DNA of 64,000 nucleotides from Pristiophorus japonicus (GCF_044704955.1 NC_091977.1:523280001-523344000); one strand, 5' to 3'; positions 40,019 through 53,028 are shown, numbered from the stretch's first letter. Translations and numbers: made by a program. Notes: generated by a model from the letters alone, not told the origin.

Positions 40019-40455
40019 GTGTCAGCCTCTGCTCAGTGGTAGCATTCTCACCTCAGAGTAAGGAGGTTGTGGGTTCAAACCCCAATTCAGACGAATACAT
40101 AATTTAGGCTGACATTACAGCTCTGGAAATGCTGCATTGTTAGAGGTGCTGTCATTCGGATGAGAAGTGAGGCCCCATCTGCCCTCTAAGGTGGGCATAA
40201 AATATCCCATGGCATTATTCAAACAGCAGTAGGAGAGCTCCCCCGGTGTCCCGGCCAACATTTATCCTTCAAACACCTAAAATCTGGTAATTTATCATAT
40301 TGCTGTTAGTGGAACCTTGCTTTACACAAATTGGCTGTTGCGCTTCCAACATTACAACAGCAACTATACTTCAAAAGTACTTCATCGGCTAGAAGGACTT
40401 TTAGGACATACCAAGGTTGTGAATGGCGCCATGTTAACGCAGGTTCTTTCTTTTC
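40019..40455 (+). mobile_element. DeuSINE copy
   Basis: gctcagtggtagc...gggttcaaacccc head plus Deu domain. Confidence 0.75.
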
Positions 40456-41319
40456 CCTTCCTCCCCCACGAGGTTTTTGCCTCCATTCAGCCGAGGTGGT
40501 AAATCATATTTAATGAAATGCCCTCACCCTATGCTCATTTGACTGGAAACAAACTTGCTGTGGGATAAGACAGTGTTCCTCCAACAAGGCTCTGCACCTC
40601 CCCACAAGAATTAATTCATCACAGTCACAACTGGCAGATTATTGGAGCAATTTTGGCTATTGCAAAAATTTGCATCATACGATACAGAAATCCCACATAG
40701 AGCACCCGTGCACTAGAAAGATTTTAATTTAAAATGAGACAGCACTGCTTACAGAGAGTACTCAAATACCATAAATGTAGCAGTAGAGCAGACAGTAAGC
40801 AAAACTTAAATATCTAATTATTTATCATATCTTAAACAGCTGGTGTAGAAATAAAGATTCAGGTAGTAAAAGTAAACTGGCTTAGTGCCATCAAGGGTGA
40901 GTTAGTGCATTCGAGGTTTTCTTATCATTCATACCTGATGATTTTAACCTCCAGCTCAACCTATTGCGCCCTCCTGCCTCCCTTACCCTTCATATAAACT
41001 CCCCGACCCATATTCACAGCCACCCCATCAACCCTACCATCTCACATTGCCTCTACTTCCATCGTCTCAATCACATAGGCAGGAACATTTGAGAACGGAG
41101 AAAAGTTTGACAGACAGACAAAAGAATCTTGAGATAAATTATCATTTCTATGTGGCTATTTCTTATCAATGCGGCAAAATAGTTAGCTGTTCTGGAAGAT
41201 CAGGTGATGCAATAATGTGCTACCAGCGGATCTGTGTGTGCAGTCTTGCAATTATCTTCAAACAGAATATGAATCAAGGGATCAGCGTACAGCCTATATT
41301 TAAAATTCTTGATTTTTAC

Positions 41320-41518
41320 CTGAAGTAGACCCAGCTGACGTCGAGGGGAAATGTACAGTTCTGTTCTTTATCTGTAGTTTGGTAGGAGGAGACTTCAATG
41401 GAGGCTTTGCTAGATGAAAATTAGGTGTCCAAGGATCCACGTCTAGCACTGCAGTCGGGCTTAACACAGCTGAGGAAGTGTCCATCATAATATCTTCTCT
41501 GATTTGTACTTTGATTAA
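41320..41518 (-). CDS. CEP192: CEP192 exon (LIKVQIREDIMM...LQIKNRTVHFPSTSAGSTS)
   Basis: KVQIRED motif; ttcag acceptor, GTAAAA donor; phases 0/1. Confidence 0.9.
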
Positions 41519-41659
41519 CTGAATATGAAATAAAAAGATTGTCACAATGTTATGCAATGACGGCTGAAAAGTAGATAAGTGAAATAAAGAACGTTAGCAT
41601 CTGTGAAATCATTCTGCATAATTGCAGAAAGGCAGTGGTTTCGCACGGTGTTAAATATT

Positions 41660-42226
41660 TAGACTCAAGTCGCTGGAGATACATCACCAACGATGTCTCC
41701 TCAAGATCCTGCAAATCCCCTGGGAGGACAGGCGTAACATCAGTGTCCTCGACCAGGCTAACATCCCCAGTAGTGAAGCACTGACCACACTCTATTAGTT
41801 TCGCTGGGCAGGCCACATACGAAACTCCTTAAGCAAATGCTTTATGCGGAGCTCCTTCATGGTAAACGAGCCAAAGGAGGACAGCGGAAACGTTATAAGG
41901 ACACCCTCAAAGCCTCTCTGGTAAAGTGCGACATCACCACCGACACCTGGGAGATCCTGACCGAAGACCGCCCGAGGTGGAGAAAGTGCATCCGGGAGAG
42001 CGTTGAGCTCTTCGAGTCTCAATGCGAAGAGCATGAAAAGGCCAAGGGCAGGCAGCGGTAGGAGCGTGCGGCAAACCAGCCCCACCGACCCCTTCCCTCG
42101 ACGAATGTTTGTCCCACCTGTGACAGGGTCTATGGCTCTTGTATCGGGCTGTTCAGCCATCAAAGAACTCACTTTGGGAGTGGAAGCAAGTCTTCCTCGA
42201 TTCATAGGGACTGCCTATGATGATGA
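41660..42226 (+). mobile_element. RTE-clade LINE 3' fragment
   Basis: LYAELLHGKRAKGGQRKRYKDTLK...EDRPRWR; tail gggactgcctatgatgatg. Confidence 0.9.
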
Positions 42227-42989
42227 TAAAATATTTAGAGTTTGGTACTGATAATACAGATGCTGATGACCACCCGAAAGTGATCCTGCTGAGTTTGGAA
42301 AATGCAAAGTTTCAGCCTTTTAAAAATACTAAGACAACGAAGTGACATTCATGTAATCTAAATATGCATCTGCTGCACAATAAGCAATCTCGTGCTAGAT
42401 ATTGAGATTACAGGAGGATGTCATTTGTCCCATTGTTAGCTCTTCAACTGAAGCCGTCTAATCCCACTTCCCTGGTCATTGCTTTATTAATACTTTTCTT
42501 TTTCAAATACTTGACTAAATGTTACAGCCTCTGCCTCAAATACCACTTCATTTGTGGTAAAGCATTCTACATTCTAATAATCTTCTGTGGAAAAAAAATC
42601 TTCGAGGCCCTCCCCCGCACTGCCCTTTTTTCTCCATTATTAGATACGTTATAGCTAATTAACATGGAGTGCCTCGAAAAACAAAACCACAAAACTCCAA
42701 ATATGCCTAACCAACGTGCTGAACAAATGCAAATTTACTTCCTTGCTCTTAAATTCAAATTACTTGTGTACAAGTTCAGAATTTAGTTTTCCTCTTTTAT
42801 TTCCACTTTAAGGTTCTATGCATCTGCACCCACAGATTTCTCTATTCATCCAGTAAGAATATTACCTTTATTTCACAACTCTTGTCCCTAAATATATTAC
42901 TTCACAATTCTCTGCATTGAAGTACATTTACCACCTATTTGTCTACTCTGCTAACCTCCAATCTCCTGCATTCATCCTCAGTTTTCCAT

Positions 42990-44160
42990 GGGCTATACCC
43001 TAGTAAGATTATGGTTATCCTCACTCCTTTCCTCCCTCAGCTTCTTCATTGAGCAACTTCTCATCCTCAATGATTTTAACCTCATCTCAACTCATTGTGC
43101 CCCCCTTACATATAAACTTCCCTACCCATATTCACAGCCACCCCATCAACCCTACCATCTCAAATGGCCTCTCTACTCGCATCGTCTCAATCACATGCAA
43201 AGATCATCTCTACATTCCTGCTTCCAACCCCAATTCCTTCTGCGTCCGTCCCTGGAAAAACCTCTCTGCCAAGTCACTTACAACGGCACATTCAACTGTC
43301 TACCCTTCACCTGTGTTGGCCACAATACTTCTGCAGCTACCAATCTGTTCAATCACACCCTCACCTTTGATACTCTTTCAGTAAAACACGTGTTGCTCTC
43401 AATTACTTCCATTTATATAACGGATTTAACATAGAAAAAAGTCTCAAGGTATTTCACAGGAGTGTAATCAGATAAAAATGAACGATGAGCCAAACAAGGA
43501 AATATAAGGAGTGCTGACAAAATGCTTGGTCAATGGTGGGTTTTAAGGATGGTCTTAGGGAATTTCAGAACATGGGGGCTAGGTGGCTCAAGCCATAGTT
43601 GCCAATGGTAAGATGAAGGGTGGTGGGGGATTCAGGGCTGGAGAAGGTTACAGAGATAGGGAGGAGCAAATCTAAAGGTTTAAACATGGGGATGAGAATT
43701 TTAAATTGGAGGACTGAGAACCAACATAGATCAGCAAAGGCAGGGTTGATAAGTTAGTGGGACTTGGTGTAGGATAGGCTACAAACAGCAGTTTTGGATG
43801 AGCTTATGTTTAGAGCTGAGAATGGAGGCTGTCCAGGAGGGATTGGTCTCTGAAGCACGAGTGAGTTTTAAAAAAAATAGAATGTGATGATTTATTTCAC
43901 TATATCTTACTTAAGTGGATGATGAGTGAGCATTGAAACGATTGAGTCTGGAGGCAAGAATGGCATGGATGAGGCTTTCAGCAGATGGTTAAGGCAGGGC
44001 TAGAAGTGGGCAATGTGACAAGTATATGGGGTTAGAAACCAGTCTGCTTCAGCTTGAAACAATAATTGGGAGGGGAGGGGGCAGAATCTGTGGTGAAGGT
44101 AAGAGAGTTTGTTGTGGAGGTTGAAAACAATGATTTTAGTCTTGTCAATGTTTAACTGCT
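42990..44160. mobile_element. Degraded L2 LINE fragments in both orientations
   Basis: EQLLILNDFN endonuclease remnant on +; L2 3' region on - similar to 28080-28590. Confidence 0.55.
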
Positions 44161-44544
44161 TTTCAACAAAAAAAACCCACTAGGTTTCAAATAAATTCTG
44201 CTAGTTGCATAAACTAGCAAGGAAAGATAACACCTTACTTGACCTCACTCAAAAGTCACTTTAAAAATTGTAATTCTTGTATTCAGTTTTATGTCTTGAG
44301 ATAAAGCAATGTATGGACATTTAGAAGTGAAAAATCACTTATTACACACAAATGAATTACCCAATGGCAATTTCACCATCGCATTTAAGTGGTCTCGTCA
44401 GGTCTGTTTCTACTGCTAATCTGATTGGGAACCAACTTTAACCAGATCACACATTGTAGTCTACAGAATAAGGTTTCCTACATAATTAAACCCAAAATAA
44501 AAATGAAATAATTATTAACTCCAATTAAATTAACCATTTCCTAC

Positions 44545-44650
44545 CTGCTGCATGTTGTCACATTGCACATAAATCTGCCCACTCCACGGCACAGCTGAAG
44601 GTTTAGTCGAGAGAGAAGGATTTGGACTCACAAGAATTAGTATGTGGCTC
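44545..44650 (-). CDS. CEP192: CEP192 exon (SHILILVSPNPSLSTKPSAVPWSGQIYVQCDNMQQ)
   Basis: Resembles ILVSPNSSLSTK...PWSGLIYIHCD; cag acceptor, GTAGGA donor. Confidence 0.93.
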
Positions 44651-45120
44651 CTGATGAAAAAGCAAAGCTTATTTTTCACTACATGTATAACAATCAAAAT
44701 TAAAATATTCAAATTTTACATTCACACTGATACTAGAATGAATTAATGAAGGTTTAAATGTGTACCATTGGTGTGGTCTCCCTCAGTGTTCAATTTTTAA
44801 AATGTAGTTGAACCCTTACATACAAATAAATACTTAGTTAAACAATAGGCATACATCATCTGTTTAGGAGTTTGGTACCATGTAGGAGCCATTAGTAGCC
44901 TTGCCTGTCCAGGCCATAGTGAAAGTTTAAATATTTATTCAAAATGAAGTGATGCATAGTTATTGAACAATATTTTTAAAAATTTCCTTCCAAATGAAAA
45001 AGATCTGTTCATGTCCTGTGCTCCAATCTTACAACAACTCCCCAATGTATTGGAGTGGTTCTCAGCAATCCAGCTTCTGACTAGTCTGCGTTTCCACTGG
45101 CTAATCTAATTGGGTACTAA

Positions 45121-46795
45121 TTGGGCGGTAAGAGAAGGGATAACCAGCCGTGGATAACCAAGGAAATAAAGGAGAGTATCAAATTAAAAACCAATCCGTA
45201 TAAGGTGGCCAAGGTTAGTGGGAAACTAGAAGATTGGGAAAATTTTAAACGACAGCAAAGAATGACTAAGAAAGCAAGAAAGAAAGGAAAGATAGATTAC
45301 GAAAGTAAACTTGCGCAAAACATAAAAACAGATAGTAAAAGCTTTTACAGATATATAAAACGGAAAAGTGTGACTAAAGTAAATATTGGTCCCTTAGAAG
45401 ATGAGAAGGGGGATTTAATAATGGGAAACGTGGAAATGGCTGAGACCTTAATTATTTTGCTTCGGTCTTCACAGTGGAAGACACAAAAACCATGCCAAAA
45501 ATTGCTGGTCACGGGAATGTGGCAAGGGAGGACTTTGAGATAATCACTATCACTAGGGGCTAGTGCTGGATTGGCTAATGGGACTCAAGGTAGACAAGTC
45601 CCCTGGTCTGGATGAAATGCATCCCAGGGTATTAAAAGAGATGGTGGAAGTTATAGCAGATGTATTAGCATGGATAGAGAATTGGCTGGCTAACAGAAAG
45701 CAGAGAGCAGAGTCGGGATAAATGGGTCCTTTTCGGGTTGGAAATCGGTGGTTAGTGGTGTGCCACAGGGATCGGTGCTGGGACCACAACTGTTTACAAT
45801 ATACATAGATGACCTGGAAGAGGGGACAGAGTGTAGTGTAACAAAATTTGCAGATGACACAAAGATTAGTGGGAAAGCAGGTTGTGTAGAGGACACAGAG
45901 AGGCTGCAAAGAGATTTAGATAGGTTAAGCGAATGGGCTAAGGTTTGGCAGATGGAATACAATGTCGGAAAATGTGAGGTCATCCACCTTGGGGGGGGGG
46001 GGGGGGGGGGGGGAAACAGTAAAAGGAAATATTATTTGAATGGGGAGAAATTACAACATGTTGTGGTGCAGAGGGACCTGGGGGTCCTTGTGCATGAATC
46101 CCAAAAGTTAGTTTGCAGGTGCAGCAAGTAATCAGGAAGGCGAATGGAATGTAGGCCTTCATTGCGAGAGGGATGGAGTACAAAAGCAGGGAGGTCCTGC
46201 TGCAACTGTACAGGATATTGGTGAGGCTGCACCTGGAGTACTGCGTGCAGTTTTGGTCACCTTACTTAAGGAAGGATATACTAGCCTTGGAGGGGGTACA
46301 GAGACGATTCACTCGGCTGATTCCGGAGATGAGGGGGTTACCTTATGATGATAGATTGAGTAGACTGGGTCTTTACTCGTTGGAGTTCAGAAGGATGAGG
46401 TGTGACCTTATAGAAACATTTAAAATAATGAAAGGGATAGACAAGATAGAGGCAGAGAGGTTGTTTCCACTGGTCGGGGAGACTAGAACTAGGGGGCACA
46501 GCCTCAAAATACGGGGGAGCCAATTTAAAACCGAGTTGAGAAGGAATTTCTTCTCCCAGAGGGTTGTGAATCTGTGGAATTCTCTGCCCAAGGAAGCAGG
46601 TGAGGCTAGCTCATTGAATGTATTCAAATCACAGATAGATAGATTTTTAACCAATAAGGGAATTAAGGGTTATAGGGAGCAGGCGGGTAAGTGGAGCCGA
46701 GTCCACGGCCAGATCAGCCATGATCTTTTTGAATGGCAGAGCAGGCTCAAGGGGTTAGATGGCCGACTCCTGTTCCTAATTCTTATGTTCTTATG
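45121..46795 (+). mobile_element. CR1 LINE ORF2 3' half, internally deleted
   Basis: PWITKEIK...; SGVPQGSVLGPQLFTIYIDD...KFADDTK; C-terminal ORF 46173-46826; (ttcttatg)n tail. Confidence 0.93.
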
Positions 46796-47099
46796 TAATA
46801 TTTTGGGAAATAAATCTTCAACCTGAGTGCACACTAATCTGCAGCTTAATGTTTCTTGCAAAATTAAATGCCAAAATAACATTTAAGCACTAATTATCAC
46901 GCACTTTAACTGGAAATCACAGGGAACAGAAGCACTACCTAGTGGTCTACATGAACCTAGAGATATCTATCAACTTCAATGGAAAAAAAAGTCCAATGGG
47001 AAGTACAAGGGGCGGCCGATCTAAAGTGATTGCAGTTGGGTCAACTTGGAGGAGAATCAGTTTGTGCCCCAATATGATTTGACTGGCATTAATGAGACT

Positions 47100-47820
47100 T
47101 GGGGACAGGGGGTCCCGGTACATAGATTATTAAAATGTCATGAAAAAGTACAGAAAACAATCAAATGGTCTCGGGGATGCTGGTCTTTATATCTAGAGGA
47201 CTAGAACAAAAAAGGGGTAAAAAAGTTATGCTGCAGCTATACAAATCCCTGGTTAGACCACACACGGAGTATTGTGAGCAGTTCTGGGCACCACACTGTA
47301 GGAAGTATATATTGGCCTTGGAGGGAGTCCAGCATAGGTTCACCAGAATGATACCCAGACTTCAAGGGTTAAGTTACAAGGAGAGATTACACAAATTAGG
47401 GTTGCATTCCCAGGAATTTGGACAGGTAAGGAGTGATCTGATTGAAGTTTTCAGGATATTAAGGGGAGCATTATAGGGTCGAGAGAGAGAGAAACAATTT
47501 CTGCTGGTTGGGGATTCGAGGGCTAGGGGCATAGTCTATAAAGTAGAGCCAGACCTTTCGGGAGGGAAATTAGGAAACACTTCTACACACAAAGGGTGGT
47601 AGAAGTTTAGAATTTTCTTCCGCAAATGGCAATTGATGCTAGATCAATTATTTTAAATTATTAATTTTAAATTTGAAATTGATAGATGTGTGTTAACTAA
47701 AGGTATTAAGGGATATGGGCTAAAGGTGGGTATACGGAGTTAGGTTGCAGATCAGTCATGATCTCATTGAATGGCGGAACAGGCTCGAGGGGCTGAATGG
47801 CCCATTCCTGCTCCTATGTT
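47100..47820 (+). mobile_element. CR1 LINE 3' fragment
   Basis: LYKSLVRPHTEYCEQFWAP...VQHRFTRMIP. Confidence 0.88.
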
Positions 47821-48889
47821 CCTTCTGTGCTGCACTATTCTATGATTCTTATCTAAATAGTACCAAACTTAACTGTCTGAAGTAGATCCTTCCTCCACCA
47901 TATAGGGGATGGCAAGTATTAATTTCTATGTGAAGGTTAAATAACTGAGGAAGAATTGCAAAATCAAATTCATGAGCTTTATAGCTACACCAAGTATTCT
48001 AGACTACATATTTTGCGATGTTTCAATCCAGTGGCAGTTGCCTACTGCATCCCATACTTTTTATAACATTCGATGCCAAAAAATCCAGAATTAGAAATTA
48101 ATTCACTGCATTAAAAAAGACATTGCTAAACTGATGCTACATATTGCTGTGGCCAAATACAAATTAAGAACATACCTTTTGGAAAAAAACTAAACATTAG
48201 CCCAGATTATTGAGGCCATCAGCGTTCAACATTGTTGTGGAATAAAAGACAGCAAATTCTGGCATCCGCACTGGGCACTTAAAATCTTGGAAATCGGAAA
48301 GTTGCTGTCTGAGCTGCCCTGTACTTCTGCTTTGCTATACCGGTACCTCACCGATAGATTCAGCATAAAGACACACAAATGGCGCGAGGTTATGGTACTC
48401 GCCCACTAAATACACCAGGAAAGATTAGGGTTGGTGCATTCAGGTGTAAATGATCTTTTAATGGCGTGATCTGTTCCTTAGATTTCCTCTGGCTGTACAG
48501 GGTGTTGAGCTTCACGGAGATGGCTTTGCAGACTTCTTTTCTGGATTTTCCACAATTGCTTTGATTGCCCAGTATTTATCCTCAAGTTGGGTTTCTATTT
48601 AATTCCAGACTTGGTATCCATCTTAAGTAAACTTTGATGGGCAATCGCAACATGGCTAACCACTTGCTGCGTAAAAAGGTTTTCCCTCGTGTCCCCTTAA
48701 ATCTGTGTCCTCTGGTTCTTGACCCTTCCGCCAATGGAAACAGTTTCTCTCTATCTACTCTGTCCCGATCCCTCATGATTTTGAGCACCTCGATCAAATC
48801 TCCTCTCAGTCTTCTCTGCTCAAAGGAGAACAACCCCAGTTTCTCCAATCTCTCCACGTCACTGAAGTCCCTACTACCCTGGTACCATT

Positions 48890-49524
48890 GATGGCGGCCT
48901 GGAACCAGGGGCAAACATCGGGCCTGTGGGCTCTGATCCGGAGCCTCAAGGCCTACACCAGCTACGAGCACCATGGGAGCAAGCCGGGGAGCGGAAGGAG
49001 CAGCGTGCCACTCCAGGGAGCAGCACGAGCTGGAGCAGGAGAGCAACGGCAGTGAAGGCGGCGACTGGATTTGGCGCCACCGAGATCCAGGTCGATTGGA
49101 ACGTGGGCAAGTACAGCAGGAGCGGCGAGGTCGGGGCGAAGGAGCGGCGAGAGATTGTAGAGGCATGTGATCGGGGCCCAGGAGAGACGCGAGTTCAGGG
49201 CCCAGAAGAGGTGAGGGCCCAGGGGCAGCACGGGCCAGCCCACACTGCGTTTTGTGTACGTACTAGGTCCGTGCAGCAGGGCTGGTCTCCAGTCGTCCTG
49301 GTTAACCCTTGCCACTGGACCAAGGCCTAGCTCTGTCAAGCCTGTGTGGTGGCTGGTGTGCAACGGCCACCCCAAGTTTTAAAAAAATCCATGCACAGGC
49401 ATCTTCCACACTTCAGGATGTCGGTCAGGACCTGGAATATTAGGTCCTTCATTGAAACACCTGTGAACTTTTGGCGTAGAAGCAAGTCATCCTCGATTCG
49501 AGGGACTGCCTATGATGATGATGA
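48890..49524 (+). mobile_element. GC-rich non-autonomous element with RTE-type tail
   Basis: Ends agcaagtcatcctcgattcgagggactgcctatgatgatg, matching the RTE tail at 42185-42226. Confidence 0.7.
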
Positions 49525-50109
49525 TATTCTTAATTACTACCAAACAACCTTTCTGGCCCCGAAAATGTTAATTATACAAGTGCGGCATCTCATTCCTTCA
49601 AATTTTTATTATTGTTCGATTTAAAAAAAATCTTTTCTTTCTCAATATCATCTCTTTACTTTCCTTTCTGTACATGATTTTACATTGAATTACATATTCT
49701 AATTTATTCTTCCTGGTTTAGATTCCATGTCTCAGTAAGGATTCTTGAATCAGACTGGTTGAAGGTACACGCTGTCGCTTGGCAGGCTCACATATACCAG
49801 ATCCACTGTAGAGGGCACCATGCTGAAAAGGATCTCTAGTAACTGTAAATTGCCATTCAAAAGCCCATAGAAAGTTTGTGGGCAACTGTAAGCATAATGA
49901 ATGGTGAGTGCTATTCATTTGCAGCTGACCGCAACATTTCGAGCCATTATCTGAAAGACCTTCAATATATTCATATTCACAGAAATACAAGTTCAAGCTA
50001 GTCAAGTTAAAAAGGATAGTATATACCAGGTATAACTCACACATCATTAATAATGTTAAAATCACTACACTCCAAGACGCATTGAAATTGTAAACAAGTT
50101 TATACATAC

Positions 50110-50233
50110 TCTGGATCAACAACGCCTTGTTGGGGTGTCACTGTTAAGGAGTGCGCTGGCCAAGACAACTCAAAAGCCAAAGATCTAGTGGAGTGGTTTA
50201 TAATTTGCACCCGCCCAGTCTGTACTGATCCAT
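50110..50233 (-). CDS. CEP192: CEP192 exon (DGSVQTGRVQIINHSTRSLAFELSWPAHSLTVTPQQGVVDPE)
   Basis: FELxWPAHxLTVTPQxG motif of a CEP192 ASH/Ig-like domain; tag acceptor, GTATGT donor. Confidence 0.93.
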
Positions 50234-51404
50234 CTATAAATGGGGAAACAAATTAGAGCATTAGAGTGCGAGACCATATGTATCCAATTCTCAAGCCTTC
50301 ACTGCCAGCACATGGTAGCCATTCACAAGTATAACTACAACCCACCTCTGTCTCTGGCTGTTAAGGTCATCACAGCCCTTAACTACATTGGCTCCCATGG
50401 ACAACCAGTGCATACATTTTATCAAGTGGCGGGATTTCCCAAAGTCCGAAGAGTCATTATGTTGCTACGCAAATCAACAGGAAAGGATACCACCTAATGT
50501 GCAGCATTCAGTGGTATCCTTTCCTGTGGATTTGCATACTCCCTGACTACACCAAATCACTTCAGTTAGCAACAGAAATATAAATTACAACCACAAACTT
50601 GTCAGACCAATAATATTTTGGGGTCAAGATTGTAGGATAAACAGCAACATCTAACAAGAATTCAGAATGCACAGTGGATCAAATGTACAAGAAGGTTGGG
50701 CTATGGGGCCGATTAACAATTCTGCATATGGCCATACAAATATGGATGCCACAATTAGGCTCAAGAGGTACAAGTAATACTGGGCTTGTATTATGAAAAA
50801 TATCTCGCTTTGTTTTGATAGAAGTGAGAAGGCAGCGACCCAATCTGAAAACCGAACGCAACTGGAAGCTCCCAGTTGACAGCTGGTCATTCCAAGCTAG
50901 AGTGGTGACAGGGTGATACACTGAAGTAAATACCATAAATGTATTTTCCACCACAAGTAGAGAGATGCAAAAGAACATTTTGGAAAGTGCACAAGTCCTT
51001 CTCAGCTTAATGATGCAGGCTTTTTTTCAAACTTAATATAACTGCATTGTGACTTGCTTTTAACTAAGAAATTGAAAGACGACTTGCATTTATTACATAG
51101 GATATACGGCACAGAAACAGGCCATTCGGCCCAGAGTCCGTGCTTTTCATGGCTTCAGGACGTCCTAAAAAAGCGCTTTACAGCCAATGGAGTACAATTT
51201 GATAGAGTAAACTGCCTAATAGTTTACTGAGATGTTAGAAATTTGAATGCAGGTTTACTGCTCCTTCAGATGTTCGAGAAAATTTCTATTCCCTTAAGCA
51301 AAAAGCAAGCAACAACTATTAATTTTCTCTAATTTAAAAGCGAGACACTGTTGCTTTGATGAGTCTAGCTTTGAATTTGGATATGCAATTTTGTTTTAGT
51401 ATTA

Positions 51405-52110
51405 AAAACAGAAAATGCTGGAAATACTCAGATCAGATCAGACAGCATCTGTGGAGAAAGAAAAAAAGTTAACGTTTCAGGTCGATGACCTTTCATCAGA
51501 ACTCAAAAATGTTAAGAGTCGTAACAGTTTTTAAACTGTTACGACTTAAAGTAGAGGTGCATGGAAAGGGAGGAAAGATTAAAAGAGAAGGTTTGTGATC
51601 AGGTGGAAGGCAGGAGTATTTAAATGACAAAAAGGATGATGATGCAAGGCAAAAGGGCATGGTAATGGAAGTAAAGAAACAAAAGATGGGTCTAAAAGAG
51701 CTGTAAATGGCAACATGACAGGTCAGAGTGAGAGCGGGACGGAGAATTCCAACGGCAAGCCCCGGGTCACGTTTGCAAGCCGAACGGAGTTGTTTAGCAA
51801 GCGATAACCGAATCTGCCCTTAGTCTCCCCAATGTAGAGGAAACTGCATTGTAAGCAGCGAACACAGTATACTAAATTTTTTAAAAGTACAAGTAAATCA
51901 TTGCTTGCCATTTTAAACCCCCAGCCCACTCTGACCTCTGCCTCCGACACTGTTCCAATGAAGCTCAACAGAAGCTTGAAGAAAAGCACCTCATCTTTCA
52001 GTTAGGCACTTCACAACCTTCCAGACCCAACATCGAGTTCCACAATTTGAGATCATAACTGCCACTCCCATTTTTTCCCCAGACAGCAGGTGCTGGTAAT
52101 GATTCTGCTC
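51405..52110. mobile_element. Penelope-like element remnant: terminal repeat plus inverted GIY-YIG fragments
   Basis: NLVYCVRCLQCSFLYIGETK (GIY-YIG) on -; EEKHLIFQLGTSQPSRPNIEF on +; terminal repeat contains a hammerhead. Confidence 0.8.
51467..51503 (-). ncRNA. Minimal type I hammerhead ribozyme (Penelope-associated)
   Basis: AGUU-CUGAUGA-A-AGGUC-AUC-GACCU-GAAA-CGUU-AACU: intact core, stems I and II, palindromic ACGU stem III. Confidence 0.75.
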
Positions 52111-52124
52111 TTGCCATTTACAGC

Positions 52125-52595
52125 TCTTCTAGACGACAAGATTCAACATCGCCTCCAGTGTGCCAGTGCAGCCTTCGGCCGCTTGAGGAAAAGAGTGTTT
52201 GAAGACCAGACCCTCAAAACTGCCACCAAGCTCATGGCCTACAGGGCTGTAGTAACACCCGCCCTCCTGTATGGCTCAGACACATGAACCATGTACAGTA
52301 GACACCTCAAGTCGCTGGAGAAATATCACCAACGGTGTCTCTGCAAGATCCACCAAATCCCCTGGGAGGACAGACGCACCAACATTAGCGTCCTCGTCCA
52401 GGCCAACATCCCCAGCACTGAAGCACTGACCACACTATCAGCTCCGCTGGGCAGGCCACATAGTTCGCATGCCTGACACAAGATTCCCAAAGGAAGCGCT
52501 TTACTCAGAACGAGCCAAAGGTGGGCAGCGGAAATGTTACAAGGACACCCTCAAAGCCTCCCTGATAAAGTGCAACATCCCCACTGACACCTGGG
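52125..52595 (+). mobile_element. RTE-clade LINE fragment
   Basis: RLQCASAAFGRLRKRVFE...TKLMAYRAVV.PALLYGS; LEKYHQRCL. Confidence 0.88.
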
Positions 52596-52846
52596 ATGAT
52601 GGAGAAAACAGGAGGTCAAGAGTCCTAGTTTCAATGTCTTCAATGTTAAAATTCAAGACTGTATTAAAAGAAGCTACTTTCTATACAGCTTATAATGCGT
52701 ACAATAAAGTGACCCATTATCTCCAGGCGATGCGATAAACAAGTTGTTTTGCGTTGCCTTTCTACTGTTAACTAATTAGGGTGTCCCATTAGAATGGATA
52801 CTTCCCATTCCCAAAATCAACACAATTGCTTTGCAATATTACTCAC

Positions 52847-53028
52847 CAGTTGATGGTACAGTAAGAATTAAATACTCAGGCCGCACCGTCCATGATGACT
52901 TTGGTTTGGGTGACTGTTTCGGCACTTGATTAGAAGCATGCGAAAATAGTGGAGAGCCTTGTGGACCTCTCACTGGTAGGACATCCAATGATGCATTAGA
53001 TGGATTTCTTTCTGAACTTCCGAGTACA
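52847..53028 (-). CDS. CEP192: CEP192 exon (...SLDVLPVRGPQGSPLF...WTVRPEYLILTVPST)
   Basis: SLDVLPV(K/R)GPQGSP motif; ttgcag acceptor, GTGAGT donor. Confidence 0.93.

Noticed and set aside
48582-49375. Several 130-190 aa ORFs on both strands
   Set aside because: Chimeras of a CR1 fragment and the GC-rich RTE-tailed element; open by chance because of GC content.
49554-49946. Weak terminal inverted repeats (tggccccgaaaatgtt / aacatttcgagcca)
   Set aside because: Probably an old MITE, but the TIRs are degenerate and there is no clear TSD.
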